The position numbers and the translations under genes were made by a program. DNA of 24,000 nucleotides, taken from NCBI RefSeq assembly GCF_050341015.1, contig NZ_JBNADV010000007.1, positions 17,168-41,167 on the forward strand. Reading direction: 5' to 3'. Source of the DNA: Deinococcus saxicola (GTDB lineage Bacteria > Deinococcota > Deinococci > Deinococcales > Deinococcaceae). Numbering within the stretch: position 1 is the stretch's first letter; every line of letters starts with the position of its first letter. Shown here piece after piece: positions 22,618 through 24,000 of this stretch. Below the pieces are notes generated by a model. That model was not told the origin of the DNA. It was given only the letters and a program-made list of their open reading frames with translations, and made no database searches.

Positions 22618-24000
22618 GCGCCGCTTGATCCCTTTCACAGGCGCGTGGGTCCAGGGATCATCCGGCCAGGGGTGCCGGGGATAGCGGCCCCGCAGATCCT
22701 TGCGAACCTCGAAATACGACGAATTCCAGAAACTCCGCAGGTCCTGCGTGACCTGCACGGGCCGTCCGGCGGGCGACAGCAGATGCAGCAGCACGGGTGT
22801 GCGGCCTCCATTGACGGCGGGCGTCTGCTCAAGCCCGAACAGTTCCTGCAACTTGACGGCCAGGATAGGAGGCGAACCGTCGGCGCGGTATTCCAGCCGG
22901 ATGCGGCTGCCGGTGGGAACGCTCAGGTGTGTGGGCGCGAGGTCTTCGAGTTGCTGAGGCAACGGCCACGGCAGCAGCGCCTGCAATGCGGGCAGGAGGT
23001 TAATGCGCTCCAGGTCTTCCCGCGTGCGCGCCGTACCGAGAGACGGGCCGAGCCAGTCTTCCAGCGTGCCCAGCAGCGCGGCGTCGGAGAGGTTGGGCCA
23101 GTCACCGTCCGGGTGCCAGTGGCGCAGCGACTCCACGCGGGCGCGCAGGCCCGCAGCCTCGCGGGAGAAGGTCAGGAGGTGCAGGCCCTCGGCGCGGATG
23201 GCCCCGGTGAGGGCCTCCACACGCAATTCGGCAGGCAATTCCTTCAGGAGGCGGGTTCCAAGCACCAGCGCCCCCACCCGCCGTTCGTTCTGGGCCAGCA
23301 GGGTTCCAGTTCGGGTGTCCCAGCGCACGCTTTCAGTCCACGCGGCGCGGGCTTCCAGGGCAGACAGGGCCAGGGGAGCCGCCAGATAGATGCGGCCCTC
23401 GGCATTGTTGGGATTCAGGGCGCGGGCGTCCAGATGGGCCACCGCCAGCGCAGCCGCCCCGGCCAGCGCGTCCCCCTCCGGCAGCGCCACGCCCTGACCG
23501 CCCGCCAGCAGGAAGCGGCCCCGCAGGCCGCCGGGCAGCACGTCGCGCGGCAATGCAAGGCGTTCGGGGTAGGCCAGGGCGATCAGTTCACCCAGATCGT
23601 ATGGATCGGCCTCGGCGTCGTCCGCCCGCACGTCCAGCAGACCGCGCCACTGCCTGGCCAGCCGCTCGATGCGCTCCAGCACGGCCACGTCTCCCCTGCC
23701 GCCGTGCCCAGACCGCCATGCCCGCAGCGCCTCCACCCGCTCGGTCAGGTCCGCGCCCGAGCCGGGAGGGAGCGGATCGCGTTCCTCCAGCAGCGCGGCC
23801 AGATCGGCAGCCAGCGGTCCCAGCCCGGCCTCTGTCCCGCCAGTCAGCAGGTGGGCGAGGCGCGGTTGGGTGGGAAAATCCAGCAGACGCTGACCTTCCG
23901 GGGTGACGCGGCCCGTGTCGTCCAGAGCATTCAGGCCGCGCAGCAGGGCGCGGGCCGTTTCCACACGCGGCGCAGGCGGCGCGTCCAGCCACGCCAACCC
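22609..24000 (-). CDS. hrpB: ATP-dependent helicase HrpB, C-terminal part (partial, continues beyond window end)
   Basis: WLDAPPAPRVETARALLRGLNALDDTGRVTPEGQRLLDFPTQPRLAHLL is the DEAH helicase HA2 region. The terminal HrpB_C pattern is LRSFWNSSYFEVRKDLRGRYPRHPWPDDPW. Confidence 0.85.
   Translation of the reverse strand, partial: GLAWLDAPPAPRVETARALLRGLNALDDTGRVTPEGQRLLDFPTQPRLAHLLTGGTEAGLGPLAADLAALLEERDPLPPGSGADLTERVEALRAWRSGHGGRGDVAVLERIERLARQWRGLLDVRADDAEADPYDLGELIALAYPERLALPRDVLPGGLRGRFLLAGGQGVALPEGDALAGAAALAVAHLDARALNPNNAEGRIYLAAPLALSALEARAAWTESVRWDTRTGTLLAQNERRVGALVLGTRLLKELPAELRVEALTGAIRAEGLHLLTFSREAAGLRARVESLRHWHPDGDWPNLSDAALLGTLEDWLGPSLGTARTREDLERINLLPALQALLPWPLPQQLEDLAPTHLSVPTGSRIRLEYRADGSPPILAVKLQELFGLEQTPAVNGGRTPVLLHLLSPAGRPVQVTQDLRSFWNSSYFEVRKDLRGRYPRHPWPDDPWTHAPVKGIKRRGV

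Overview
High-GC (roughly two-thirds G+C by eye) chromosomal segment that looks like Deinococcus. The Mn-SOD closely resembles D. radiodurans SodA as I remember it, SNR-type small repeats are present, and many start codons are preceded by TANNNT rather than a Shine-Dalgarno. The core content is ordinary housekeeping. It comprises a form-II-type coxS-coxL-coxM molybdenum hydroxylase operon, an NDH-2-like oxidoreductase, sodA, a ClC channel with a TrkA-C tail, nnr, a TPR membrane protein and a nitroreductase. It also holds a WecA/TagO-type transferase, upp, a lone ABC ATPase, asnS, a YegS-type lipid kinase, wecB and the 3' part of hrpB. The accessory layer is more interesting. (1) There are eight intact copies and one decayed copy of a 134-bp MITE-like repeat with 11-nt terminal inverted repeats. 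They are flanked by T-N-A trinucleotides and often sit as adjacent pairs. One insertion into a coding sequence can be resolved to the base. (2) Four decayed genes are present (IorA-like, IorB-like, DUF4388, methyltransferase), and most of their frameshifts coincide with 8-13 bp tandem duplications. (3) Both intercistronic spacers of the cox operon are long imperfect palindromes built from arrays of 7-8 nt units, and each is preceded by the same 17-nt coding tail (GQAADD + stop + GGG). (4) An orphan 224/234-aa protein has an H..Y..E spacing reminiscent of ADP-ribosyltransferases; this is weak and inference only. I do not see a convincing novel multi-gene system such as a defence-island-like cluster. 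No tRNA, rRNA or CRISPR was recognised.
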